From assembly GCA_020148045.1 (NCBI GenBank), contig JAHCRG010000007.1:22914-86913 (forward strand): a stretch of DNA of 64,000 nt. The letters are read 5' to 3'. The position numbers and the translations under genes were made by a program. Below the pieces are notes generated by a model. It saw only the letters and a list, made by a program, of their open reading frames with translations. It had not been told where the DNA came from and searched no databases. Numbering within the stretch: the first letter of the stretch is position 1; each line of letters opens with the position of its first letter. The stretch comes from Patescibacteria group bacterium (GTDB lineage Bacteria > Patescibacteriota > Minisyncoccia > Minisyncoccales > GWA2-38-27). Below, piece after piece: positions 47,774 through 56,959 of the stretch.

Positions 47774-48553
47774 CTAGATTTCCTTTAAAATTTTGGATTC
47801 AGAAGAAGAAAAAAACATCAAGCCTAGAATTAGACTTAAGGCGGTCCAAATAAATATACCTATAAATACGGGGGAGTTGGGAACATTACCTCTAAAAATA
47901 ATGTCTCTATAAAAAACAATAAAAGGTGTCATTGGATTAAAGCCGCAAACCCAACGAAAGTTTGCGGGAATCATATCTACAGAATAAAATACCGGTGTAA
48001 TCCAAAACCATAACATTAATAAGACTCCTAATAGATGGCTGATGTCGCGAAAAAAGACATTCAAAACAGACAAAGCTAAACCCAGCCCACAAACAAAAAA
48101 AAGGTTCAGGAGAAGAACAATAATTAAAAGTGGTAATAACAATACTATCTTTGGACTAAAGAATAGAAATAAAGGATAAATGACACACCAGCCAATAAGA
48201 AAATTTAAGAAATTAGATAAAATCGAACTTAAGGGGATAATTTCGCGAGGCAAGTTAAACTGCCGTAAGATATTTTGCTGATTTAAGATAGAGGATGTTG
48301 CTTCAAATAAGGCATTGGAAAAAAACATCCAGGGAAATATTCCCGAAAGAACAAAAAGAGGAAAGTTCTTTATTTCTATTTTAAAGATGATGTTAAACAC
48401 AAAGGTTATTGCAAACATAATCAATAAAGGATTTACTATTGCCAACCAGAAGCCTAAAATAGAACCAGCGTATCTTGATTTGAGTTGCTTGATGGCCATA
48501 TCCCATAGGGTATGGCGATGCATATATATACTCTTTATTCTTCCCTTAAGCAT
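47774..48553 (-). CDS. wzm: ABC-2 type polysaccharide-export permease
   Basis: 259 aa with 6 hydrophobic helices. The N-terminal LKSRYAGSILGFWLAIVNP is typical of Wzm/TagG. It is adjacent to Wzt. Confidence 0.8.
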   Translation of the reverse strand: MLKGRIKSIYMHRHTLWDMAIKQLKSRYAGSILGFWLAIVNPLLIMFAITFVFNIIFKIEIKNFPLFVLSGIFPWMFFSNALFEATSSILNQQNILRQFNLPREIIPLSSILSNFLNFLIGWCVIYPLFLFFSPKIVLLLPLLIIVLLLNLFFVCGLGLALSVLNVFFRDISHLLGVLLMLWFWITPVFYSVDMIPANFRWVCGFNPMTPFIVFYRDIIFRGNVPNSPVFIGIFIWTALSLILGLMFFSSSESKILKEI

Positions 48554-49869
48554 CCTTGAGCTAGCTTATCTCCTTGTAAAACTTCAGCTATCTTCCTTCC
48601 CTCGAGTATGGCCTCTTCCATAGTCATATATTTCCAGCGCCCGTATCGGCCAATAGGGTAAATATGGTGCTGATTTAGATATTCCTGAATTGTTTTTGTG
48701 CTTTCTGTATAGTTACGGTCGTAGATTATATAGGCATATTTGATGTCCAGCGGATCGCAAACTTCAATAGTATCGGCGGCAGATAAAATTTCTACTTTAC
48801 GCAGGTCTTTTAATATCCTCTTAACTAAATCCTTTTTATTTACCGGTCTATCTGGAGAGTAGGAAACCTCCGCATATAGGGAACTTTTGCCTGGAGGGAC
48901 TAAAGCAGAAGAAAAGTTATGAGGAAAGCCAACGCGAAAGAAAATAAATTTTTTTTCCGGGAAATATATCCAGTGTTTATCGCTAATATTACCTCTGGCT
49001 ACACCCAGGTTAAGGCAAAAGACAGAAGTATATTTCAGTTTATTTAAGGCTACCTTTATTTTTGGAGGCAGATGTGGAATAAGTTTAAGCATCTCCGGCA
49101 AGGGCAAAGTTGAAATTAAGTTAATAAATCTTGCTTTCCTGCCATTGCGGAAACTGACAGTTCTTGTCTTCAGGTCAATTTCTGCTGCCTGATGTAAAGT
49201 GTGAATGTTATTCTTAATACACCTTCGCAAAGCAAAAATAAGGTTTTCTATTCCTCCTTCTTTGCGAAGGTACCAGAATTGGGCATTATAACCAAAACGC
49301 TTTTTGCTCTGGGCAATAGTGCCGCCTAACACATCTTTCAGCGAAGGCATGGGGATGTAGCCATCCACCCATTCACAAGTAAGCCTATGGGCAGAAATAG
49401 TCCAGAACTTGTTATTATAAGGTAGCATAAAATGTCTGGCTATGCCCGGACCGAAGGTGTGCAAAATCCACTGTTTAAAGTTAGTGTGCCTGTGTTTATT
49501 GACATTGCCATTTAGCTGAGCATCGATAAAGCCCAAAACACACTCTTTGATTACATTTTTAGGCAAACCAAATAGATTAACCTGAAAAGGATATCGGGTA
49601 TAACAACCAAAAGAGTTAATCCAGGAATCTCTTCTAATGCATGTTAAATTACCCCCCATTAGCTTTTGCACCAGATTTAAGATATCCTTATCTTTAAAAT
49701 GGAGCAGGTGCCCGTCATAATCAAAGGTATAACCATTGAAGTGCCGGGAGCGACAAAGTCCGCCCGGAGTGGCTTCCTTCTCAAAAATCTGATAATCCCT
49801 CTTCAGAAAAAATGATGCACTTAAGCCGGCTAATCCTGCTCCTAATATAACAATTTTTTCTTTGTTCAT
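48535..49869 (-). CDS. FAD-dependent oxidoreductase, UDP-galactopyranose-mutase-like
   Basis: 444 aa with the dinucleotide loop KIVILGAGLAGLSAS. The C-terminal IGRYGRWKYMTMEEAILEG resembles the Glf-type tail. Confidence 0.5.
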   Translation of the reverse strand: MNKEKIVILGAGLAGLSASFFLKRDYQIFEKEATPGGLCRSRHFNGYTFDYDGHLLHFKDKDILNLVQKLMGGNLTCIRRDSWINSFGCYTRYPFQVNLFGLPKNVIKECVLGFIDAQLNGNVNKHRHTNFKQWILHTFGPGIARHFMLPYNNKFWTISAHRLTCEWVDGYIPMPSLKDVLGGTIAQSKKRFGYNAQFWYLRKEGGIENLIFALRRCIKNNIHTLHQAAEIDLKTRTVSFRNGRKARFINLISTLPLPEMLKLIPHLPPKIKVALNKLKYTSVFCLNLGVARGNISDKHWIYFPEKKFIFFRVGFPHNFSSALVPPGKSSLYAEVSYSPDRPVNKKDLVKRILKDLRKVEILSAADTIEVCDPLDIKYAYIIYDRNYTESTKTIQEYLNQHHIYPIGRYGRWKYMTMEEAILEGRKIAEVLQGDKLAQGCLREE

Positions 49870-50849
49870 TAACGGGCTTTTTGGCTTATCTTCTTGCCTA
49901 AAGTTAGGCAGACGGCAACTACCAAAAATAGAATAATTATACCTATCTGGTTGGAAACTCGGCTAATAATTAAACCGTTGAGGCTAAAGAACAGGCCAAA
50001 TAGATACATAAATATGAGCGCTTTACTTTTAGAAAACCCTTTGGCCAGGAGTCTAAGGGCAAAGTGGTCGTCGCTTTTCTTAAAAATCGACCTTCCTTTT
50101 CTCGCCCTTATAAACATAACAAACAATGTGTCATACACAGGAAGCCCCAGAACAAGAATCGGGCAAACTAAGGCTATTTTCTTCTCTAGAGGAGCATAAC
50201 TTATCAATATAGCAATAGCGGCAAGTGCAAAACCCAAAAAGTGGCTCCCGGAATTGCCCATATAAACTTTTATTGAAGATAAATTATAGCGCAAAAAACT
50301 TAATGTTACTGCTGTCAAGGCCAAAGAGGCAACTGCTATAGAAAGATTAGCATTAAATAAAGCAATAAGGAAAAACGTCACCGAAGATATAGCGGCAACT
50401 CCTCCTGCCAGTCCATCCATTATATCTAAGTGATTAAAGGCATTGGTTATTCCTAAGACCCAAAGAAAGGTAATTAAAACATTCAAATAAGGCCCGATAT
50501 AGATAATCCGCGTCTTTATGCCAAAGAGAATAAGCAAAACGGTGGCGACAATCTGAACCAGGAACTTAATAGGCACAGAAAGTTCTTTTTTATAGTCGTC
50601 GATTATGCCAAAAGCCACCAGGAGGCCGGAACCCAGGATTATCCCCCAGCCTGTTTTATTCAGGACTCCGTAAATTGAGCCCCCTAAAATACAGACGATA
50701 GAAAAAGCCAGCCACATACCCAGGCCGCCCAGGCGGGTTATGCCCTGGGGACTCACAAAGTTGGTCTTTAAGGCAAGGCTTCTAAACAAGGCAATCAAAA
50801 TCAGCCCTAATACCAAGGCAGATAAGAAGACAAGGGTATAGCCTAACAC
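49869..50849 (-). CDS. polyprenyl-phosphate sugar-1-phosphate transferase (WecA/MraY family)
   Basis: 326 aa with about 10 TM helices, NAFNHLDIMDGLAGG and YMGNSGSHFLGF. Confidence 0.8.
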   Translation of the reverse strand: MLGYTLVFLSALVLGLILIALFRSLALKTNFVSPQGITRLGGLGMWLAFSIVCILGGSIYGVLNKTGWGIILGSGLLVAFGIIDDYKKELSVPIKFLVQIVATVLLILFGIKTRIIYIGPYLNVLITFLWVLGITNAFNHLDIMDGLAGGVAAISSVTFFLIALFNANLSIAVASLALTAVTLSFLRYNLSSIKVYMGNSGSHFLGFALAAIAILISYAPLEKKIALVCPILVLGLPVYDTLFVMFIRARKGRSIFKKSDDHFALRLLAKGFSKSKALIFMYLFGLFFSLNGLIISRVSNQIGIIILFLVVAVCLTLGKKISQKAR

Positions 50850-52045
50850 AGCCTTTTCTCCTTTCCTAAAGTCTGATAAAGTTTGTCTATTCTTTCTACC
50901 ATATGTTCTACTTCAAAAGAAGGACCAAGCAACCTTTTCCCCTCTCGGCCCATTTTGCGGGCGAGGGCTTTATTCTTTAAAAGGGCAGCGGCTCTCTGGG
51001 CCATAGTTTGGATATTCCCGGGAGAAACCAAGAATCCATTGATACCATTGCGAATTATCTCTTGTGCACCGCCAGTCGATGTAGCTACGATCGGCACGGC
51101 AGAAGCCATGGCTTCCAAGAGAACTATTGGCGAGCCTTCCCATAAAGAGGTCAACATAAATACATCTAAGATAGACAAAATCTGGGGGATATCGCGACGC
51201 CACCCTGTGAAAATAACGTCTTTCTCCAGGGCAAACCTTTTTCTTAAGCCTTCTAATTTTCTGCGCAAAACTCCATCGCCAACCAAAAGGAATTTTGTTT
51301 CAGGAAAATTCTTTTTTACAAGAGCTGCTACTTTGATAAAATCCTCAGGGGCCTTTTGGGGTTTAAAACAGGCGACCATCCCCACAACGTTAGAATCTGT
51401 CTTTAACCCCAACTCCTCCTTTTTCTTTTTGATATCCGCCTGGCAACCAGTAAATTTCTGCAAGGGGATGCCATATTCAAGCAGGGCATATTTATCCTCC
51501 GTGCCAATGCGGGCATTTAGACCTTTTTTAATGACGCTTTGTGAGACAGCAATTAATTTATCGGTAATCCTGGCGGTTAGCCGTTCCAGGAAGATAAAAA
51601 GCCTTCTTGCCAATGGATTCTGCCATTGGTGGAATCCCCATCCATGAATAGTATGCAGGATTACAGGAACACCAGCCAACCTGGCGGCCCAGCGGCCTAA
51701 AATTCCTGCTTTGGAGCTATGGGTGTGAACAATATCGAAGTTCTTATTTTTAATGAACCTGGTAAGGCTAATTAGGGTTCTAAGATCTTTCAGGGGGCTT
51801 ATGGTTCGCTTAAGGGCGGGTAGAAAGGCTGTATTTATTTCCGGAATATTCAGGGCATCAGGAAGTAAAATCCCGTCATTTGAGCTGACAAGAGAAAGAT
51901 TATATCTCGTTTTATTTAAAATGCTTACAATATCTAGGGCGCTTTTCTGCGCGCCACCTAATTCCAGCTTCGTGACTATATGCAAGACATTTAATCTTCT
52001 CAAGCCATCTCTTCCCTTTGTCCTTCTAACTATAACATACTGCAT
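50843..52045 (-). CDS. GT4 (group 1) glycosyltransferase
   Basis: The ORF track starts at a TTG at 52096. I prefer the ATG at 52045 (MQYVIV...LNVLHIVTKLELGGAQ). The E-x7-E region reads EGSPIVLLEAMASAVPIVATSTGGAQEII. Confidence 0.8.
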   Translation of the reverse strand: MQYVIVRRTKGRDGLRRLNVLHIVTKLELGGAQKSALDIVSILNKTRYNLSLVSSNDGILLPDALNIPEINTAFLPALKRTISPLKDLRTLISLTRFIKNKNFDIVHTHSSKAGILGRWAARLAGVPVILHTIHGWGFHQWQNPLARRLFIFLERLTARITDKLIAVSQSVIKKGLNARIGTEDKYALLEYGIPLQKFTGCQADIKKKKEELGLKTDSNVVGMVACFKPQKAPEDFIKVAALVKKNFPETKFLLVGDGVLRRKLEGLRKRFALEKDVIFTGWRRDIPQILSILDVFMLTSLWEGSPIVLLEAMASAVPIVATSTGGAQEIIRNGINGFLVSPGNIQTMAQRAAALLKNKALARKMGREGKRLLGPSFEVEHMVERIDKLYQTLGKEKRLC

Positions 52046-52151
52046 CACCTCTGTCAATTTAAGAAAATTGCCTTCGGTAATAACCTTAATATGCAATTTT
52101 CGCAGTGGTGTACGTTATATACTTTCCTACACCATGAAAAATCAAGGGATA
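52046..52151 (-). promoter_or_regulatory. conserved 5' leader/promoter-operator motif, copy B
   Basis: The minus-strand core is ATGGTGTAGGAAAGTATATAACGTACACCACTGCGAAAATTGC (52135..52093). The layout is TTGATT (52145..52140), 18 nt, then TATATA (52121..52116). It has inverted arms TGGTGTA/TACACCA. A stem pairs GAAAATTGC (52101..52093) with GCAATTTTC (52071..52063). Confidence 0.5.
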
Positions 52152-54161
52152 TTAAAATTCCGCTTCCACCCCAAAAGTGAATGTTCTTTCCGGAGCCGGA
52201 CTAAATTTTTTCACTCCTCCTGATTTAAAACCATAAGAATTGTATCTTTCATCTAAAAGGTTATCGATTGCAAAAAATAGAGACCACCACTTATGTGTAT
52301 AACTAAGTTTCAGATCCGCAGTAGTATAGCTGGGGAGCTTATCGTCGTTGGCTGAATCTATATATGAACTGCCAACTCTGGTAACAATTAAATTTGCTCC
52401 CCATCCAGAATCTGTCTCCCATTTTACCCCCAGGCTTCCTTTATGTATGGGGATATTGGCCAGGTATTTACCGTCGTAACTTCCGCTTTCATTTTTGGCT
52501 CTTGTGTAACTATAATTGACAAAAGAAGTTAATTCCTTAATAATTTTGAGAGTCAGACTTGTTTCAATCCCTTTATGTGATGTCTGACCGTAATTTTTAT
52601 ACTGCCTCTGCGTATAATCATACCAAATCTCGTTATCGAGCTCCATCCAGTATAAGCCAACATTTGCTCTTAAGTAATCATTGAACCGATGGCGTATGCC
52701 TGCCTCATAATTTTCCGCTTCCTCGGGATTTAAATCGGGGTTAGAAACGCTTCCATAGGTAAACATCTGTCCTATCGTAGGAGTCCTAAAAGCCTGGGCA
52801 TAATTGGCATAGAGATTACAATCTTTACCATAAGTATAGACTATGCCGCACTTCGGACTTGTGCTGGACATCTTTCTATCCTCTGAATTAGTTTCATCCT
52901 CATAGTCAGTAAAGTCAAACTTTATTAAATCGTATCTTATTCCTGCTATAAGTTTAAGAGGGGCAAAAAGTTTAATCTCATCTTGAACATAGGAACCAAT
53001 TTTATCTCGTTTAACCTTATAATTACTGCCAATAGCACCTCTTATCTGACAGGGTGCGGCATATTCCTGGTAATCAAAATTGTTTCTTTCTAAATCGATA
53101 CCTGTGGTAAAAGAATGCTCCATTCCAAAAATTTCCGGATTTATATTTAAGCGCGAAAGGAAACCGTAGGTATCTTCTTCATCGAGTTGCTCTTGTGTAG
53201 AACTATTTGTAGAACCACTGGTATAAAAAGATTCGCTATCCTCATATCTATAGTAAAATGTCTCTTCTATTTTAAAGATTTTCCCTATATCCTTACGGTA
53301 AGTTAGGCCTAAATTAGTCTTTTTAACTTCGCTTTTATCATTCTCTGAACCGGGCCTGGCCTGAGGTCTATCCTGTTCAATTTGTGCTTCGGTGAGCGCC
53401 CAGGCATAGGCACCTCTTTGTTTCTGGTGGTAATCCAAAGATAATTTTAAATCCTGGGTCTGGTCAATTAAAAAATCTAATTTCCCGTTGAGATGGATAT
53501 CCTCATAATCACAGTGCCTGCGAAAGCCGTCTGTTGATTTTCTGCTTACACCTAAATAGGAGCCAATTCTCTCAAGCATTCCGGAGATGGAAAGATTATA
53601 ATTTTGCGTATCAAAACTTCCGTAAGAAGCAGATATCTTAGTCTCAGGAATAACGCTTGGTCTCTTGGTGATAATATTAATTACCCCGGACATAGCATTG
53701 TCTCCGTAAAGACAAGAGGCGGGTCCTCTTACTATTTCTATTCTCTCAATATTGTCCAGAGGAATTAGACTCCAATCCACAAGTTTAGACTTACCTTTAT
53801 TTTGCGGTATTCCGTCTACGAGTATTAATTGATGTGTGGACATCCCTCCCCAAAACCCACGCATATTTATTCTGCCCACTGTCCCTACGCCGGAAGCATC
53901 ATACATATAGACACCCTCTAAGTGCCTTAATAAACCGGGGACATTTTTTGCATTTGTCTCTTTAATTTCTTCTTCTTTTATAATGCTTACAGTGGAAGAG
54001 ACCTCCGATAATCTCCTTTCTATTCTTAAGGGCGTTATTGTTATTGGCTCTAAGGTAATCTTTTCCAAATCTTTGTTTTCTTCTGCCAAAATTGTTCCTT
54101 GCAAACTGCCTAAAATCAGCATTTCCACTATCAACATCGAAATTATTAATTTTCTTCTCAT
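52152..54161 (-). CDS. TonB-dependent outer-membrane receptor (BtuB-like, corrinoid uptake inferred)
   Basis: The start was trimmed to MRRKLIISMLIVEMLILG (signal peptide), with GGGAGGAG upstream. The plug motif reads IERIEIVRGPASCLYGDNAMSGVINIITK. The protein ends in a terminal ...FGVEAEF. A cobalamin riboswitch lies immediately upstream. Confidence 0.8.
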   Translation of the reverse strand: MRRKLIISMLIVEMLILGSLQGTILAEENKDLEKITLEPITITPLRIERRLSEVSSTVSIIKEEEIKETNAKNVPGLLRHLEGVYMYDASGVGTVGRINMRGFWGGMSTHQLILVDGIPQNKGKSKLVDWSLIPLDNIERIEIVRGPASCLYGDNAMSGVINIITKRPSVIPETKISASYGSFDTQNYNLSISGMLERIGSYLGVSRKSTDGFRRHCDYEDIHLNGKLDFLIDQTQDLKLSLDYHQKQRGAYAWALTEAQIEQDRPQARPGSENDKSEVKKTNLGLTYRKDIGKIFKIEETFYYRYEDSESFYTSGSTNSSTQEQLDEEDTYGFLSRLNINPEIFGMEHSFTTGIDLERNNFDYQEYAAPCQIRGAIGSNYKVKRDKIGSYVQDEIKLFAPLKLIAGIRYDLIKFDFTDYEDETNSEDRKMSSTSPKCGIVYTYGKDCNLYANYAQAFRTPTIGQMFTYGSVSNPDLNPEEAENYEAGIRHRFNDYLRANVGLYWMELDNEIWYDYTQRQYKNYGQTSHKGIETSLTLKIIKELTSFVNYSYTRAKNESGSYDGKYLANIPIHKGSLGVKWETDSGWGANLIVTRVGSSYIDSANDDKLPSYTTADLKLSYTHKWWSLFFAIDNLLDERYNSYGFKSGGVKKFSPAPERTFTFGVEAEF

Positions 54162-54164
54162 TTT

Positions 54165-54283
54165 TCTCCTCCCTCGAGAATACTCCCAAGATAGACAATC
54201 GTCCGGGCTCAACTTAGTTGACAGTTAACTAAATCATTACCGTTGCGGGGCAGCGGAAGGAATTTCACCTTCACTTCCTTTGT
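54165..54283 (-). promoter_or_regulatory. cobalamin riboswitch, short (variant/class-II-like) architecture
   Basis: The minus strand reads AAGGAAGTGAAGGTGAAATTCCTTCCGCTGCCCCGCAACGGTAATGA...GAGCCCGGACGATTGTC. This matches the conserved GGUGAAAUUCC...GCUGCCCCGCAAC.GUAA core and has a degenerate B12 box. It lacks the GCCACUG...GGGAAGGC peripheral element. Confidence 0.65.
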
Positions 54284-55084
54284 CTATCCGGCAAGTTGCT
54301 TTTTCCTCTCCTCTTCAGAAACTATAAATATATAAGGTTTAGAAGAAATTGGGTTTTTTTCTACTACCACAACCGTCTTGTATACCTCTTCAATAACTCG
54401 ATATTTCATCACCTCCTCAGGACTCCCTACCTTGTGGATTCTTCCTTGATTAATAAGAACTAAGCGATGGCAGTATTCGCTGGCCAAATTGAGGTCATGC
54501 AAAACCATAATTATCGTGAGCCCAAGTTCCTGGTTGAGCTTTTTGAGCAGGTCTAAAATCCCTACCTGATGGGTTATATCTAAATGCGTTGTAGGTTCGT
54601 CTAATAAAAGCAGCTTGGGTTCCTGGGCCAAAGCGCGGGAAATCAGGGCAAGCTGTCTTTCCCCGCCGCTTATCTGGCCCATAAGCTGGTCTTTAAGCTT
54701 GAGGGTATCAGTTTTGGCCATACACCTTTGGGCGACTCCTAAGTCCTTTCCTGTCTCTAAAAATTGAAATTTTTCAAAATGGGGAATCCTTCCTAAAAGC
54801 ACAAACTCCTCTACGCTCATAAACCCTCCGCCAAAACTTTGGGGAACTACCGCTACTTTCTTAGCTAATTCCTTAAATCCCATCTGCCAGATATCCCTGC
54901 CTTTTAAGAAAATTATACCTTTTTCCGGCTTAAGGATACGGGTTATAGCCCGAAGAAGCGTAGTCTTTCCTGAACCGTTAGGACCGATTATCCCCACAAT
55001 TTCTCTATCTTCTACCTTAAAATCGATATCTTGAAGAATAAATTTTGAATCGTATCCACAAGTTAGATTCTTAATTTTGAGCAT
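54284..55084 (-). CDS. btuD: ABC transporter ATP-binding protein (BtuD/FepC type)
   Basis: 266 aa with GPNGSGKTTLL, ISGGERQLALISRAL and LLLLDEPTTHLD. Confidence 0.8.
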   Translation of the reverse strand: MLKIKNLTCGYDSKFILQDIDFKVEDREIVGIIGPNGSGKTTLLRAITRILKPEKGIIFLKGRDIWQMGFKELAKKVAVVPQSFGGGFMSVEEFVLLGRIPHFEKFQFLETGKDLGVAQRCMAKTDTLKLKDQLMGQISGGERQLALISRALAQEPKLLLLDEPTTHLDITHQVGILDLLKKLNQELGLTIIMVLHDLNLASEYCHRLVLINQGRIHKVGSPEEVMKYRVIEEVYKTVVVVEKNPISSKPYIFIVSEEERKKQLAG

Positions 55085-56100
55085 TACCTTTCTCCCAAAA
55101 CAGTCTTCTTTTTAGTCAAGGCATAAACAAAAAGGCTTCCGCCCAATATGCCCGTAATTACACCCACGGGTAATTCCATAGGAGAAATGATGGTTCTGGC
55201 TAAAGTATCACAAAAGATTAAAAAACCCGCTCCACACAAGAATGAGCCAATTAAAAGAACCCGATGGTCGCTACCGACAAACATACGCATAAAATGGGGA
55301 ACTACCAAACCCACAAAGCCAATTATTCCCGCTATAGATACACTAAAACCTGTAAGCAAAGAGGCGATAATGAAAAGTAAGCGCTTTGTCTTTTCTACAT
55401 TGATACCCAAATGCAAGGCCTCTTCTTCGCCCAAAGAAAGGGCATTGAGGTCGAAACAAAAAAGGTAAGAACCAATCAAGCCAAAAATAGAGACTCCACA
55501 GGTCAATTTTATAAGAAACCAGTCGGGTTCCTCTAAGGACCCCATTATCCAGAAAACAATCCCGTGAAGGTCTTCTGTGCGCGAAATGGACATAATCAGC
55601 ATTATCAAAGATGAAGAGATAAAACTTATCATCACCCCTGTTAATAGGAGCCCTTGCATTTTTAATATGCCCCTTCTTACGCTTATTGAATAAACAAGTA
55701 TTATTACCGTAACCGAACCTAAAAAACCAAAAAGGGGCAAAGTCAAGACGCCCCAGGCCCGGTGTAATCTTAAGAGAATATTTAAACACACCCCGATTGC
55801 TGCTCCGCCTGAGATACCCAAGGTATATGGCTCAACTAAGGGATTGCGAAACATCCCTTGCAGGATTACACCCACCAGACTCAATGCCCCTCCGATAGCA
55901 AAACCTAAGATAATGCGGGGTAAACGAATATCAAAGAGGATGCTATATTCAGTAGTGCCTTTGCCTTCTGAAATTAATGAGGCAATTTTCTTAACAGGTA
56001 TCCCAGCCGGACCAATAGATAAAGAAAGAATGCCTATTCCTAAAAGGGCCCCTGCCAAAACCAATACCCAGAAAATCCAGCGAACTATTTTCTTATCCAT
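55084..56100 (-). CDS. btuC: FecCD-family ABC permease (BtuC type)
   Basis: 338 aa with about 9-10 TM helices and GFVGLVVPHFMRMFVGSDHRVLL. Confidence 0.8.
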   Translation of the reverse strand: MDKKIVRWIFWVLVLAGALLGIGILSLSIGPAGIPVKKIASLISEGKGTTEYSILFDIRLPRIILGFAIGGALSLVGVILQGMFRNPLVEPYTLGISGGAAIGVCLNILLRLHRAWGVLTLPLFGFLGSVTVIILVYSISVRRGILKMQGLLLTGVMISFISSSLIMLIMSISRTEDLHGIVFWIMGSLEEPDWFLIKLTCGVSIFGLIGSYLFCFDLNALSLGEEEALHLGINVEKTKRLLFIIASLLTGFSVSIAGIIGFVGLVVPHFMRMFVGSDHRVLLIGSFLCGAGFLIFCDTLARTIISPMELPVGVITGILGGSLFVYALTKKKTVLGER

Positions 56101-56959
56101 TTTGGAGATGTAAGATTTTAGCCATTTCCTCTAAAGCTTGAACAAAGCTTAGGGGCGTAGGACTACAAAAATTGTCAGAATCGACAATATAAATCCGATT
56201 ATTCTTTACAGCCTTTAAGCTCTTATATCTTCTCCAAATCTCCTTTTCCTCTTTCCCTACAAGGCCCATAGTTACAATAATTATGACATCGGGGTCATCT
56301 TTAAGGACTTTTTCTCTTGAGTAGCGGTTGTTCTTTGAACCTTGTGCGCTATTTATTCCCCCGGCAAATTCGATAAAGTCGTTAACAAAAGAGTCTTTGG
56401 TTACGGTAACTAAGGGCCTGGTTCCCAGTTGAATGAAAACTTTGGGTTTCTCAAATTCCTTAACCTTATTTTTTACAGAATCCACTTTGTCTCTGGCGAT
56501 GCCTATAACAGTTTTAGCCTCGTTTTCTTTGCCCACAATTCTGCCTAATTCCAAAAAATGTTCGCAAATCTCGCTGAAGTTTTTTGCCTCAGCAAAAGTA
56601 ACTACTTTTATTCCTAAATTTTTCAATTTCTCTTTTGCCTTTGGAGTGGTTAAAGATGTGGCCAATACCAAATCGGGCCGAAGAGCAACAATTTTTTCCA
56701 AATTAACTTCTATTGCTGTGCCTACCTTCTCTTTCCTTTTTGCCTCAAGCGGCTTTTGGCAATAAACTGAGCAGCCTATTAATCTATCTTCTATTCCTAA
56801 AATGTAGAGCTCTTCAGTTATAGCCGAACCTAAAGAAATTATTCTCTGCGGATAGTTGTCCTGCGCATAGGTTATAGCTGCGGCATATAAAAGCACAAGA
56901 ATGGCGAAACACCGGCATAGTAATAACTTTAATTTTTGATTTATGTGATAAACTGGCAT
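56093..56959 (-). CDS. btuF: periplasmic corrinoid/siderophore-type binding protein (BtuF-like)
   Basis: 288 aa with the signal peptide LLLCRCFAILVLLYAAAITYAQ and RIISLGSAITEELYILG...LRPDLVLA. Confidence 0.7.
   Translation of the reverse strand: MPVYHINQKLKLLLCRCFAILVLLYAAAITYAQDNYPQRIISLGSAITEELYILGIEDRLIGCSVYCQKPLEAKRKEKVGTAIEVNLEKIVALRPDLVLATSLTTPKAKEKLKNLGIKVVTFAEAKNFSEICEHFLELGRIVGKENEAKTVIGIARDKVDSVKNKVKEFEKPKVFIQLGTRPLVTVTKDSFVNDFIEFAGGINSAQGSKNNRYSREKVLKDDPDVIIIVTMGLVGKEEKEIWRRYKSLKAVKNNRIYIVDSDNFCSPTPLSFVQALEEMAKILHLQNG

Noticed and set aside
50883-51647. 254-aa plus-strand ORF (the similar long plus-strand ORFs at 7247..7837, 62563..63153, 1764..2186, 51753..52223 and 40262..40615 were rejected on the same grounds)
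   Set aside because: Each lies fully antisense to a minus-strand gene with strong family motifs (GT4, NapH-like, CobT and others). Their products are low-complexity with no recognisable motifs. They are typical antisense shadow ORFs.
55343-55789. 148-aa minus-strand ORF inside btuC in another frame (likewise 18659..18937, 26944..27174, 30988..31227, 50970..51203, 53962..54198 and 36701..36910)
   Set aside because: These are nested out of frame within genes whose main frame carries clear family signatures. They have no independent start signals or motifs.
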